Shown here: positions 39,884-52,823 of the stretch, in pieces | Numbering within the stretch: the first letter of the stretch is position 1 | Layout of the letters: every line of letters starts with the position of its first letter | Assembly (NCBI GenBank): GCA_002269645.1 | Contig: NIVC01000041.1 | Location: 310,001-374,000 of the forward strand | Length of the DNA: 64,000 nucleotides | From: Macrostomum lignano | Lineage: Eukaryota | Direction: 5' to 3' | The notes under the pieces: generated by a model | What the model saw: only the letters and a program-made list of their open reading frames with translations | What the model was told of the DNA's origin: nothing | Databases searched by the model: none | Program-made: the position numbers and the translations under genes

Positions 39884-42487
39884 TCAGACGTCCGTTTCCA
39901 CGCCACCAACGGCTCCGCTTCCGCAGTCGCCACCGATGCAGGTGTACTTTGCGCACGGCGGAATAGCGATCAGACTGCCGCCACCTGTCGATGGCAGCGG
40001 AGGCAGCGGCGGCGCTGTTGTTAACCTGGGCGGCGGCAGCGGAGGCGGCGGAGGCTGCTGCAGAGACTGAAGACTGCGCCGTTGATGTTGCTGCTGCTGG
40101 CATCGCCTGCGTCTCCGCTTTCGATGCCGTCTGCTATCGCAGGAGGCCAGCGATCGCTGCCGCTGCTCCTGGTGCAGCTGCGTTGTCTCCTGCATGCTGA
40201 TTCCGCCGCCGCCGCCATCGTTGGCACCGCAAGACGCGTCGCTGCTGTCGAGGTCGTCGCTGCTGCAGCTGCCGCTGTGCGAAGTCTTCATAGCCGAGCG
40301 GCTGTTCCGAGCAAACCGATCGAAGTCCACGTAGCGCGGAATGTCGTAGGGCGACCCGGCGGAGGGCACCAGGTCCGGCGGGATGCCCACTCGGAGGGGA
40401 GGCGGCACGAAGTCTGGCCGGTGCTGCAGCAGCCGCTGCAGAGTCTGGTCCCGGCACTGCTGGCATTTGGCGCCGCCGGCCGATGAGGCGCACAGGACGC
40501 CGACTAGAGGCGACGCGGCCGAGGCGGCTGTTGAAGAAGCCGCGATGTCGGCAGCCGCCTGTGCAGCGGCCGACGATTCCAGCGCTCGGTGCCGACCGGC
40601 CACGACGGCTGCTGGTGGACGCTGGCGCCGACGCCTTCTAGCCAGGTTGGTGAGTACGACAACCAGAGTGATGAGGAACAGAACGGCCACCAGGGCTCCG
40701 GACACGATGCCAACTCCGATCACAACAGACTGGTTGACCACGTGGCGCTCGCGGTACACCACTGAGGTGGAGTTGTACCTGGCCGGGCAGTACCTGTGCC
40801 GGTACTCCAGCAGAGATCGCATCCGCTCGCCAGTCTCGCTGTCGCACTGCACGTCCCGATAGTTGGCCAGCGCGGCGCGGACCTGGCTCCACTTAGCCGG
40901 CTGAAACAGGCCGCAGGAGCACACGAAGCCCTGGCCGGTGAACAGCAGGCGTGGCCGGCTGCGCTGAGCAGTGAGGTTGAGCAGCGAGTCTGGCAGGTCC
41001 CGCATGGGATTGCCGGTGATGTTCAGCCAGCGCAGGGCGGTGAAGCGAGCCAGGGGGGAGAAATCTGTGTCAGCTGTCAAAGCGTTGTAGCTCAGATCCA
41101 GGCCTTGCACCAGCGGCGCCAAGGACGCGGCCTCGTCGCTGACTTCGCTGAGGTCGGCGATCGAGTTTCTTGTCAGCCGCAACTCGTACAGGCTGCCGTG
41201 CACGCTGACCGGCAGCAGCTGCGGCAACTTGGTGAGGCCGGCGCCTTCGCAGTCGACTGTGAGTCCGGGAGGTCGCACGGTCTCCAGACAGGAGCAGCCA
41301 ATCGGACAAGCGGCCGCGTGCCGGCAGACCAAGTCGGTCTCATTCAGGCTCAGGACGGTTCGCCAGGCGGGCTGCCCGAAGCAGGGCAGGCTGGTCCAGT
41401 AGTCCAGGGACAGCGCGTTTCTCTTGGAGAACTCCCGCGGGTCGGAGTACACCGCGCGGAGGAAGCGCCACGCGTGCTGTAGCCGGCAGTCGCAGGCCAC
41501 AGTGCTGCCAGAGTTGTCAATGTCCACAAACGACTGGAAGGCGTCGCGAAATCGCTTCAGCTGGTTGACGACTGCGTCAGCCTGTCGCTTGGCCGGGCCA
41601 ATGTCGGGCATGGGGAGGCCCCAGAGCCGGTTGGGGCCGAAGGCTTCAGGCCCGAACTGGTTGTGCAGCAGCAGCACGGACAGGCGCACATAGTAGCTCG
41701 TGTCCTCCAGCCGCCTTCTGTCGCGTTGGCGCTCAATGGCTCGGACATCGGAGGTCGTCCACACCCAGTTGAGCCGGTTGGTGACCTCGGCCAGGCGGTT
41801 GCCACTCAGGTTCACATCCTGCAGGCTGACCAGCCGCACCAGCGACAGGTCCACCCGCTTCAAGCCGCAGCTGGCGACGTTCAGCTTCTTCAAACGGAAC
41901 TGGCGCTCCGGCATGAGCCGGCTGATGAAGAGCCACTCCAGGCCAACATTTTCGGACACATCCAGCTGCTCCAGGCTGGGGAATCGTTCCAGGTAGTCGG
42001 CCAGGTCAAGCTGATTGAGCTTGTTAGCGTGCAGGCTGAGCCAACGCAGCTGACTCAGCTGGCAGGAGTCCGCAGTCCGCCGCTCGGCAGAGGTCGCGCC
42101 GTCAGCGATGCTGTTGTCAGACAGGTCCAGATCTGTCAGGCTGGGAAACAGCCGGCAGAGGTCGGTCAGCGGCAGGGCAGTCAGGCCAGCTCGGGTCAGG
42201 CTGAAGCGGCCCACCTGGGCTGGCGAAGACAGACCGGCTGGCAGGTCGCAGCTGCTGGCTGATGTCACCGATTTTGGCGGTGTCGGCGAAGGCGGCAGCC
42301 AGCAGCGATGCACTGACACAGCCGCGAAGCGGGCGTAGGAGGTGCCGACGGCAGGCGATCTAGGCTGAGCATCGGAGACAACCACATCCTGACAGTGCCG
42401 CCAGGCGCAGCTGGAGATGTCTAGACATTCAACAATTCCGCTACCGATGGCATGCAGCAGCAACTGCAGCAACAGAAACCGCCGCAT
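39884..42487 (-). CDS. Intronless single-pass LRR receptor with Toll-like ectodomain, 867 aa, no intact TIR
   Basis: Signal peptide; LRRs (LTDLDLSDNSI, LEQLDVSENV, LQDVNLSGNRL); LRRCT (VACDCRL), LRRNT (ACPIGCSC...VDC), further LRRs, second LRRCT (FVCSC); hydrophobic TM segment VVIGVGIVSGALVAVLFLITLVVVL followed by RRRRR; low-complexity cytoplasmic tail. Confidence 0.85.
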   Translation of the reverse strand: MRRFLLLQLLLHAIGSGIVECLDISSCAWRHCQDVVVSDAQPRSPAVGTSYARFAAVSVHRCWLPPSPTPPKSVTSASSCDLPAGLSSPAQVGRFSLTRAGLTALPLTDLCRLFPSLTDLDLSDNSIADGATSAERRTADSCQLSQLRWLSLHANKLNQLDLADYLERFPSLEQLDVSENVGLEWLFISRLMPERQFRLKKLNVASCGLKRVDLSLVRLVSLQDVNLSGNRLAEVTNRLNWVWTTSDVRAIERQRDRRRLEDTSYYVRLSVLLLHNQFGPEAFGPNRLWGLPMPDIGPAKRQADAVVNQLKRFRDAFQSFVDIDNSGSTVACDCRLQHAWRFLRAVYSDPREFSKRNALSLDYWTSLPCFGQPAWRTVLSLNETDLVCRHAAACPIGCSCLETVRPPGLTVDCEGAGLTKLPQLLPVSVHGSLYELRLTRNSIADLSEVSDEAASLAPLVQGLDLSYNALTADTDFSPLARFTALRWLNITGNPMRDLPDSLLNLTAQRSRPRLLFTGQGFVCSCGLFQPAKWSQVRAALANYRDVQCDSETGERMRSLLEYRHRYCPARYNSTSVVYRERHVVNQSVVIGVGIVSGALVAVLFLITLVVVLTNLARRRRRQRPPAAVVAGRHRALESSAAAQAAADIAASSTAASAASPLVGVLCASSAGGAKCQQCRDQTLQRLLQHRPDFVPPPLRVGIPPDLVPSAGSPYDIPRYVDFDRFARNSRSAMKTSHSGSCSSDDLDSSDASCGANDGGGGGISMQETTQLHQEQRQRSLASCDSRRHRKRRRRRCQQQQHQRRSLQSLQQPPPPPLPPPRLTTAPPLPPLPSTGGGSLIAIPPCAKYTCIGGDCGSGAVGGVETDV

Positions 42488-43571
42488 TTTCTGCAGCTCA
42501 GTGTGGGCAACTGCCCTCCAACTCTGCCCTCTAGAGGGAGGTCGGGATAGACTTACTAAAAAAGGGAAGGCTTGAAAAAACCGGGTCGGGAAAACAAAAG
42601 AGCCGGCCAGGGAATCGGCGCCGGAAGAGAAATTGAAAGCGGCGGTGAAAAAAAGGAGAATTACGAAGAGCTTTCTCCTCGTTCAATCCTTTGCCTTTTT
42701 AGGCAGGCGAGCTGGTCTAAAAATTTCTTTTCTACAATGCTCGGCGTGTGTTTCCTTCTTGCTTTTGCGATTTCGTATACCAGAGGCCCCCTCCCTCTCT
42801 CTCTCGCTCCAGCTCTGGTTGGCTGGTTCCCGCCGTCTCTGGGAGACGCAATAGGCTCCTGAGAAGAGACAGACAGAACAGACCTACAGCTTATCTTGCA
42901 GGCAATGCTTCATATCAATAGAGAGTACTGCGCACCTCTGGCGCCTCAGCCGCCTGAGCATACACCAGTTAGAAAAGGCTCGAATTTGGCCCAAGAGCGA
43001 GGCACATATTGTCTAAAATAGCTGGGCCATAAAATCATGGGGGGGTCGGTTCTGAGCACAGATAGGAATGTCATTGTGCTGTTCTGTGTACACTCTGAAA
43101 GATTGAATTTGCATTTGTACTAGCATAGTAGAGTCGAATTAACCGCCCCCCTGCGAGCTATTAGAGATCTGTCAATCAATTTAATTCAAACTTTGACCCT
43201 GACCACAGAATTTGTATTGCAAATTAGGACTTAATAAGAATGTTAAAGACAGCCGGTTGTCATGTCTTATTGACTATCGGGCCCGGGCAGACACCTCAGC
43301 AACAGGCCCCTCTCTATCTGCACTTTAATTCAAGCCCAACTCGGATTCGATCTGCTCGTCACTCCAAGGCCAGGATGGCTGAGCAGCAGTCTACAACTCG
43401 CACAAGTGGCATGGGAAGGCAAGGACTTTATAAAAAAATATATATAAGCTGACACAGACGAAAGTGCTGCCAACTCGGTACTCCTATCAATGCGATCTGT
43501 TAGCGTCCTGGCCGGCAAATTACCATCCAGCAGCTGTACAAAAGCATATGTAGCTCGCCAATGTTATGTGA

Positions 43572-45193
43572 GACAGAGAGAGAGAGGGGGTGAGAAAGAG
43601 AGAGGGGAGGGAGGGAGAGAGAGAGAGGGGGAGGGAGAGAGAGAGGGGAGGGAGAGAGGGGAGAGGGAGAGAGAGGGGGAGGGAGAGATGGGAGAGGGAG
43701 AGAGAGGGGGAGGAGAGATGGGAGAGGGAGAGAGAGAGGGGGAGGGAGAGAGAGGGGAGGGAGAGATGGGAGAGGGAGAGAGAGGGGGAGGAGAGAGAGG
43801 GGGAGGGAGAGATGGGAGAGGGAGAGAGAGGGGGAGGGAGAGATGGGAGAGGGAGAGAGAGGGGGAGGGAGAGATGGGAGAGGGAGAGAGATGGAGAGGG
43901 AGAGAGATGGGAGAGGGAGAGATGGGAGAGGGAGAGAGAGGGGAGGGAGAGAGAGGGGAGGGAGAGATGGGAGAGGGAGAGAGAGGGGGAGGGAGAGATG
44001 GGAGAGGGAGAGAGAGGGGAGGGAGAGATGGGAGAGGGAGAGAGATGGGAGAGGGAGAGAGATGGGAGAGGGAGAGATGGGAGAGGGAGAGAGAGGGGAG
44101 GGAGAGATGGGAGAGGGAGAGAGAGGGGAGAGGGGAGGGAGAGATGGGAGGGAGAGAGAGGGGGAGAGAGGGGAGGGAGAGATGGAGAGGGAGAGAGAGG
44201 GGGAGAGGGGAGGGAGAGATGGGAGAGGGAGAGAGAGGGGGAGAGAGGGGAGGGAGAGATGGGAGAAGGAGAGAGATGGGAGAGGGAGAGAGATGGGAGA
44301 GGGAGAGATGGGAGAGGGAGAGAGATGGGAGAGGGAGAGATGGGAGAGGGAGAGAGAGGGGGAGGGAGAGATGGAGAGGGAGAGAGAGAGGGGGAGGGAG
44401 AGAGAGGGGGAGGGAGAGATGGGAGAGGGAGAGAGAGGGGGAGGGAGAGAGAGGGGGAGGGAGAGATGGGAGAGGGAGAGAGAGGGGGAGGGAGAGATGG
44501 GAGAGGGAGAGAGAGGGGGAGGGAGAGATGGGAGAGGGAGAGAGATGGGAGAGGGAGAGAGATGGGAGAGGGAGAGATGGGAGAGGGAGAGAGAGGGGAG
44601 GGAGAGAGAGGGGAGGGAGAGATGGGAGAGGGAGAGAGAGGGGAGGGAGAGATGGGAGAGGGAGAGAGAGGGGAGGGAGAGATGGGAGAGGGAGAGAGAT
44701 GGGAGAGGGAGAGAGATGGGAGAGGGAGAGATGGGAGAGGGAGAGAGAGGGGAGGGAGAGATGGGAGAGGGAGAGAGAGGGGGAGAGGGGAGGGAGAGAT
44801 GGGAGAGGGAGAGAGAGGGGGAGAGAGGGGAGGGAGAGATGGGAGAGGGAGAGAGAGGGGGAGAGGGGAGGGAGAGATGGGAGAGGGAGAGAGAGGGGGA
44901 GAGAGGGGAGGGAGAGATGGGAGAAAGAGAGAGTTGGGAGAGGGAGAGAGATGGGAGAGGGAGAGATGGGAGAGGGAGAGAGAGGGGAGGGAGAGATGGG
45001 AGAGGGAGAGAGATGGGAGAGGGAGAGAGATGGGAGAGGGAGAGATGGGAGAGGGAGAGAGAGGGGAGGGAGAGATGGGAGAGGGAGAGAGAGGGGGAGA
45101 GGGGAGGGAGAGATGGGAGAGGGAGAGAGAGGGGGAGAGAGGGGAGGGAGAGATGGGAGAGGGAGAGAGATGGGGAGAGAGAGGGGGGGAGAG
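43572..45193. repeat. GA-rich purine tract (GGGAGAGGGAGAGAT variants)
   Basis: Direct reading; explains six long low-complexity pseudo-ORFs. Confidence 0.97.
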
Positions 45194-45519
45194 GTAAAAA
45201 ACCGAAAAAACCACACGAGTCAAACAGCAAGCCGGCACTCGGCAAATTATTGACAGCCACACCCCGAGCAGTATTTCTGAAGTGTTGGCAACCAACTTGC
45301 TCCATTAGGGATTGTAATAAAAAACTTTTGTAGTACATTCTGTTATCTATTCACCGACAAAAAACTCGACCCACATCCCCACATGGGAGGGTTCTAAAAG
45401 CATTAGCGAATGCCAGACGCACGCATCTGTTGAAATTACGAGTCGCCGCTACAAGAAGCAGTCAAAAATACAATAAACCTGATTGATACCTTCCTTCAGA
45501 AAACGCTCAAATATAGTCA

Positions 45520-47058
45520 ATTAAATTCCTCATAAAGCCTCAATTACATTTCTCATGAAGCCTCAGATGCCTTCTTCATGAAAACCTCAGTTACATTCCT
45601 CGTGAAGCCTCAATCGCATTCCTCATGAAGCCTTGAGTACATTCCTCTTGAAGCATCAATTATATTTCTCATGAAGCTTCAATTAAATTCCTCATGAAGC
45701 CTCAATTATATTTCTCATGAAGCTTCAATTAAATTCCTCATGAAGCCTCAATTATATTTCTCATGAAGCTTCAATTAAATTCCTCATGAAGCCTCAATTA
45801 TATTTCTCATGAAGCTTCAATTAAATTCCTCATGAAGCCTCAATTATATTTCTCATGAAGCTTCAATTAAATTCCTCATGAAGCCTCAATTATATTTCTC
45901 ATGAAGCTTCAATTAAATTCCTCATGAAGCCTCAATTATATTTCTCATGAAGCTTCAATTAAATTCCTCATGAAGCCTCAATTATATTTCTCATGAAGCT
46001 TCAATTAAATTCCTCATGAAGCCTCAATTATATTTCTCATGAAGCTTCAATTAAATTCCTCATGAAGCCTCAATTATATTTCTCATGAAGCTTCAATTAA
46101 ATTCCTCATGAAGCCTCAATTATATTTCTCATGAAGCTTCAATTAAATTCCTCATGAAGCCTCAATTATATTTCTCATGAAGCTTCAATTAAATTCCTCA
46201 TGAAGCCTCAATTATATTTCTCATGAAGCTTCAATTAAATTCCTCATGAAGCCTCAATTATATTTCTCATGAAGCTTCAATTAAATTCCTCATGAAGCCT
46301 CAATTACATTCCTCATGAAGCCTCAATTACATTCCTCATGAAGCCTCAGTTACATTCCTCATGAAGCCTCAATTGCATTCCTCATGAAGCCTCAGTTACA
46401 TTCCTCATGAAGCCTCAATTACATTCCTCATGAAGCCTCAGTTACATTCCTCATGAAGCCTCAATTACATTCCTCATGAAGCCTCAGTTACATTCCTTTT
46501 GAAGCCTCAATTATATTCCTCATGAAGCCTCAATTACATTTCTCATAAAGCCTCAATTACATTCCTCATGAAGCCTCAATTACATTCCTCATGAAGCCTC
46601 AATTACATTCCTCATGAAGCCTCAATTACACTCCTCATGAAGCCTCAATTACATTTTTTTGAAGCCTCAATTATATTCCTCACAAAGTCACAATTACATT
46701 CCTCATGAAGCCTCAATTACATTCCTCATGAAGCCTCAAATGCCTTCCTCATGAAGCCTCAATTACATTCCTCACAAAGTCACAATTACATTCCTCATGA
46801 ATCCTCAATTACATTCCTCACAAAGTCACAATTACATTTCTCATGAAGCCTCAATTACATTCCTCACAAAGTCACAATTACATTTCTCATGAAGCCTCAA
46901 TTACATTCCTCATAAAGCCTCAAATGCCTTCCCCATGAAGCCTCAATTACATTCCTCATAAAGCCTCAAATGCCTTCCCCATGAAGCCTCAATTACATTC
47001 CTCACAAAGTCACAATTACATTTCTCATGAAGCCTCAATTACATTCCTCATAAAGCTT
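45520..47058. repeat. 23-bp minisatellite ATTCCTCATGAAGCCTCAATTAC with a homogeneous 46-bp dimer block at about 45660-46300
   Basis: Tandem units; alternating two-variant dimer. Confidence 0.97.
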
Positions 47059-47516
47059 CACAAAATGGGAATTACATTTTGAAGGTGATCGTGCAACCCA
47101 AGCGCGATGAAAGGAATAATTCTTTAAAAAGGAACCATGGATAATTTCACGAATTCCAAAACTGAAATTCGCTTCCGCACCGAGGCTCGGGAGTCGAATA
47201 TCGAATCAGTTTAATCGCCAGCCAGAACCCCCTCGAGCAAGCTTCAGCCAGCTAATTGAGCTGATAGAGACTCAATCAATTAATTTCCGCAGACAAGGCA
47301 CCACCGGTGCTAAATTAATGTTCAATTTTGAGCAGTTGGAAGGGGTCACAACTATTATTTTTACTAGGAATATCGAAAAATCAAAAAATGCGTTTTAGAT
47401 TCCATTGCTATGTCATTTGCTATCTTTTAATTTGCTGTCTTTTAATTCTGTTATTTTAGAGATATTCATGTTACAGAATCATTCTAAAAGACGGTGTCAC
47501 ATTTATGAGTGCTCAG

Positions 47517-48950
47517 TGACACATTACACTGGTTTGTAACACATTACACTGGTTTTTAACACATTACACTAGATTGTAACACATTACACTGGTTTGTAAC
47601 ACATTACACAGGTTTGTAGCACATTACACTGGTTTGTAACACATTACACTGGTTTGTAACACATTACACTGGTTTGTAACACATTACACATGTTTGTAGC
47701 ACATTACACTGGTTTGTAACACATTACACTGGTTTGTAACACATTACACTGGTTTGTAACACATTACACTGGTTTGTAACACATTACACTGGTTTGTAAC
47801 ACATTACACTGGTTTGTAACACATTACACTGGTTTGTAACACATTACACTGGTTTGTAACGCATTACACTGGTTTGTAACACATTACACTGGTTTGTAAC
47901 GCATTACACTGGCTTGTAACACATTACACTGGTTTTTAACACATTACACTGGTTTGTAACACATTAAACTGGTTTGTAACACATTACACTGGTTTGTAAC
48001 ACATTACACTGGTTTGTAACACATTACACTGGTTTGTAACACATTACACTGGTTTGTAGCACATTACACAGGTTTGTAGCACATTACACTGGTTTGTAAC
48101 ACATTACACTGGTTTGTAACGCATTACACTGGTTTGTAGCACATTACACAGGTTTGTAGCACATTACACTGGTTTGTAACACATTACACTGGTTTGTAAC
48201 GCATTACACTGGTTTGTAACGCATTACACTGGCTTGTAACACATTACACTGGTTTGTAGCACATTACACAGGTTTGTAGCACATTACACAGGTTTGTAAC
48301 ACATTACACAGGTTTGTAGCACATTACACAGGTTTGTAGCACATTACACAGGTTTGTAACACATTACACTGGTTTGTAACGCATTACACTGGCTTGTAAC
48401 ACATTACACTGGTTTTTAACACATTACACTGGTTTGTAACACATTAAACTGGTTTGTAACACATTACACTGGTTTGTAACACATTACACTGGTTGGTAAC
48501 ACATTACACTGGTTTGTAACACATTACACTGGTTGGTAACACATTAAACTGGTTTGTAACACATTACACTGGTTGGTAACACATTACACTGGTTGGTAAC
48601 ACATTACACTGGTTTGTAACACATTACACTGGTTTGTAACACATTACACTGGTTGGTAACACATTACACTGGTTTTTAACACATTACACTGGTTGGTAAC
48701 ACATTACACTGGTTGTTAACACATTACACTGGTTTGTAACACATTAAACTGGTTTGTAACACATTACACTGGTTTGTAACACATTACACTGGTTGGTAAC
48801 ACATTACACTGGTTTGTAACACATTACACTGGTTTTGTAACACATTACACTGGTTTTGTAACACATTACACTGGTTTGTAACACATTACACTGGTATATA
48901 ACACATTACACTGGTTCGTAGCACATTACACTGGACTGTGACACATTACA
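47517..48950. repeat. 20-bp minisatellite ACACATTACACTGGTTTGTA
   Basis: Tandem units. Confidence 0.97.
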
Positions 48951-50019
48951 CTTCTCTAGGACGGATCTGTTACCAATGTTTGGCACACAGCCTGATCTGT
49001 CTGTGACAACTAAAACAGTGCACTGGTATTTATTGATGTATACCATCGAGAATGGCGTAACACAGGAAAGCACTTGCTTTGTGGACAATTCCCAGTCTGA
49101 AATGACACAATTCTCTGCGACACAAACCAACCCCCCAATTCCCATTCTCGCCGCAGTTCTCCCAATTTTATTCGGGGGGGGGGACAAAATCTGAACAAAC
49201 GATCGATTACGTCGCTAAGGATGGCAACGAATCCCAATTTTGGGATTTCGCTGGCCAGACCTTTATCCGGCGGCACCATCACTTTGACATGAATGAAAGG
49301 ATTCTGGAGTCCAGTCTGCGGAGAGCAGAAAGAGAAGGGTAAAAAAATTAATTTCCAAGGAAACCCAAAACCACTTAACGTTTTTTCTCCCTCCGGTCCC
49401 CCCCCCGCGCACTCGCTCCGTATAAGTGTTTGCGACAGGTGGGGACCTCAAAAGCTCCGCTGGGTCACTCCGGCAACACGACGGGAGAAAAAGTAAAATA
49501 CTCGTATAAGAAAACTTATATTAAAAAGGCTGGATGGGAGAAGTTTTGGCCAGTCGATCAATGCATCAGCGCCCCGCTGCCCGCCTTCCCGGCACACTCC
49601 CGCCTTCTCTCTCTCTCCTTCTCTCTCTCTTAAGTCTTGCTGGAGAGAAACTGCCAGATCTGGATGGACGCCGCCGAGAGAAGGCATGGAGTTAAATAGG
49701 CAATTCGACTCTCTGGGTAGCAACAGGGTAAAAACGTTAGGAAATTCTCGTTCAGACACCGCGAGTGCCAGTCACTTTCTCAATTGTCACTCGGGTCTAA
49801 GTTTGAGATATTTTTTTGAGTTTCCATGATGATTGAAGCTTGCTCTGGTCTGGGGAGCCGCTGAGTTAAACTTTTTTCCCAGATAATTATGCAAATTAAT
49901 ATCTTGTGTCTCTGCCTGCCGGTCTGTCTGTTTCACTAAGGGTCTGTCTGTCTCTTTGGTGTCTTTCTACCTAATAAGTGTCTCTAGGCCTTAGTTTTTT
50001 CCTGTCTGTGCGTCCGTTC

Positions 50020-50372
<353 letters not shown>

Positions 50373-52823
50373 TCAGTCCGCCCAGCTCACTCTGAATCCC
50401 AGCTCAGCTGCAGTCCCCGCCCATCCCCTCACACCCATGCCGTTCTGCAGCAGGCCGGCAGCCGAGTGCTTAATTGAAAGCTCTTGTTTCTGGGATTAAA
50501 ACAGCCAGCTCGCACCCGCCTCATCCCCAGAGTCGCCAGCCGATCCCCGTTCTCCCCTTGCCAGACGAATCCGCCGCGAGACACTGATCCCGAAAAAAAA
50601 TTTCTCAAGCGTGGAATTCCTCATGACATTCGGGCTGGCGACTTGCGAATGGCCAATCCGGCATGTCATCCGGGGCTCTCATCGACTGACGTGGAAACTG
50701 GACACCCGGGTCACCCCGTGCTCGGTCACCTATGCCCATTGCTGATGAAAAAAAAATTCGCTCAAATGATCTTCGCTTTGGAAATGCTGCAGCTAATCGA
50801 GAATTAATCAGTTGCAAACTTTTATCTAATTGATTTTGCTTTTATAGATAAATTCTTTTGCGCCTACTTTCTAGTAGTATGAAGCGATATTACTCTTATT
50901 GCAATAATTATAATTAATAAAGTATTGCAGAATTAACGTCGTAAATACGCATCGTTTCAAGTAGATAATATAAAGCAGGCACACAAAATTCAAGAACCCG
51001 GTCTGAATTTTTGTTGCGCACCTTCTCAAACAAGAATCAAGTCGCCAGCTTTCCAGACGGTCGAGATAGTCAAGGATTCTTCTAGAAGGTCGGATTTTTC
51101 CCATAAACGCCAGTGTATTCAGTACGACCTCTGTGCGCCAATCAGCACTGCGCCTCAGTGCAGCCTTGCCAAGCTTCCAAATTTCATCAGCGCATCGATC
51201 ACGTGTGTCAGCATCAGCTCGAACCCAGGTGGAGCTTCTGGACATTCAACAGGTGTCACCAAGTGACTATGGGCACCCTGTTGAGAATTTCTCTGTTGTC
51301 ACTGATCAAGTGGGCAAACCTCAACTGCTGGGCATCCCCAGCTGGTCTCGCGAGCATTCCGTGATCACCGCGACGCTGTCGGCGCCTTCAAAAGATGAAC
51401 ACCAGGAGACTATGGCCAGTGACCAACGAAGTCAGACCTGATGCAGTGGTTGGTTGCAGACACGTGGTTGGAAAAATCCGACCTTCTGACAGAACCGTCG
51501 AATATCTCGCCGGTCCGGAGGGCTGGCGACTTGATTCTTGTTTGAGAAGGTGCGCAACAAAAAGTCAGCCTGGAGGAATCCCCCTTGGTAGTTCTACTGC
51601 GAAGAAGCCTCCTCGTAATTTCTTAGTTTCCTACGAGTAGCTGTTATTTACTTCATGGCAATTCAATTTACTAATTGCTTCCTTTCGTATCTAGGGCTCG
51701 CCCACGTCAATAACAGCGTTCACACACTACGAAGTACGAGTATATCATGCGTAGACCGCGTGCAACTCAATGCACTAGCGTAGTGGCACTCCGTGCATCA
51801 AACATGTTGTGCATCCATATAAATGCACAACACGTACACGCCGTAGACGCTGGAAACGCCTTTTACATGTACGCGCTTAAACCCTCACTCTCGCTCCCAT
51901 CCAACCCCCATCCAACCCCCGGCCTCACTCTCCACCCCCACCCCCGCCAGTCTGCAGACTGCAGTAACCCAACTTGGACCCGCCCCGGCTGTTGGGCAAG
52001 CAGGCAAGGGACAAAAATAGCTCCCTGACGTGCGCTGCCTGCCTGCTTTCTTTTCTGCCCTTCCTGCCCAGCTCTCTCCTCCCCTCTCTCTACCCCCCTC
52101 CCCCTCCTCCTTGTTCGGCACACTTCTCTTTTATAGATATATTCCCCAGACATGTAGAATAAATTTTGCTTGGCTAGCAGCCGAGGACACGACGAGGTAA
52201 TAACCGTCTGACCTTCCTACGATCCCCGACAGACGACCTTCCGTCACTTCGCAGCCCGAGAGGACTTCACTATTCACAACAATGCGACGTGCTAAAGACT
52301 CAGTCTGAACCGATGGGCCACCTGCTAAGCTGTCACCGACTGCGCGGCGGCGATACTCAGCGGAATCGAAGATTTTCTATTCATTCGAATAACGGCAATG
52401 GCGTTGCCAAGGTAACCAAGTGGTTTAGTCTCTGTTACACAATGTCACACAGTCAGCTAAGAATGATAAAATGCGAGCTAGATTCATAAAAACCCATGAG
52501 CCGAGCCCTAACATAAAACTAATGAGGACATGTACAATTTGTAAAATTTGAAAGGCCAAATCAAAAGATGAACATCGGGTATGCCTCCTGTCGAATGCAA
52601 TTTTAAGTGTAATTTTTGTGCTGAAAAAATGAAAACTTCCTATCTCCGTAGTGTATTTTTTTTCGAAAAAACCTGCCTCCTAAACTTTTCCAAGAAACGA
52701 GGTTCCCGTCCTTCTACTTAAGTAGTCCTTGGCCTGACAATAAGAAAGTCCGAACCACTGTACAGTACACCCTGTATGAGCGTGTGTACAATCCACCTGC
52801 AAATATTTATTGTTTACGTCAAG

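Noticed and set aside
51806-51829. Small hairpin TTGTGCAT-ccatataa-ATGCACAA containing TATAAA
   Set aside because: An 8-bp stem is expected by chance in 64 kb, and there is no supporting context.
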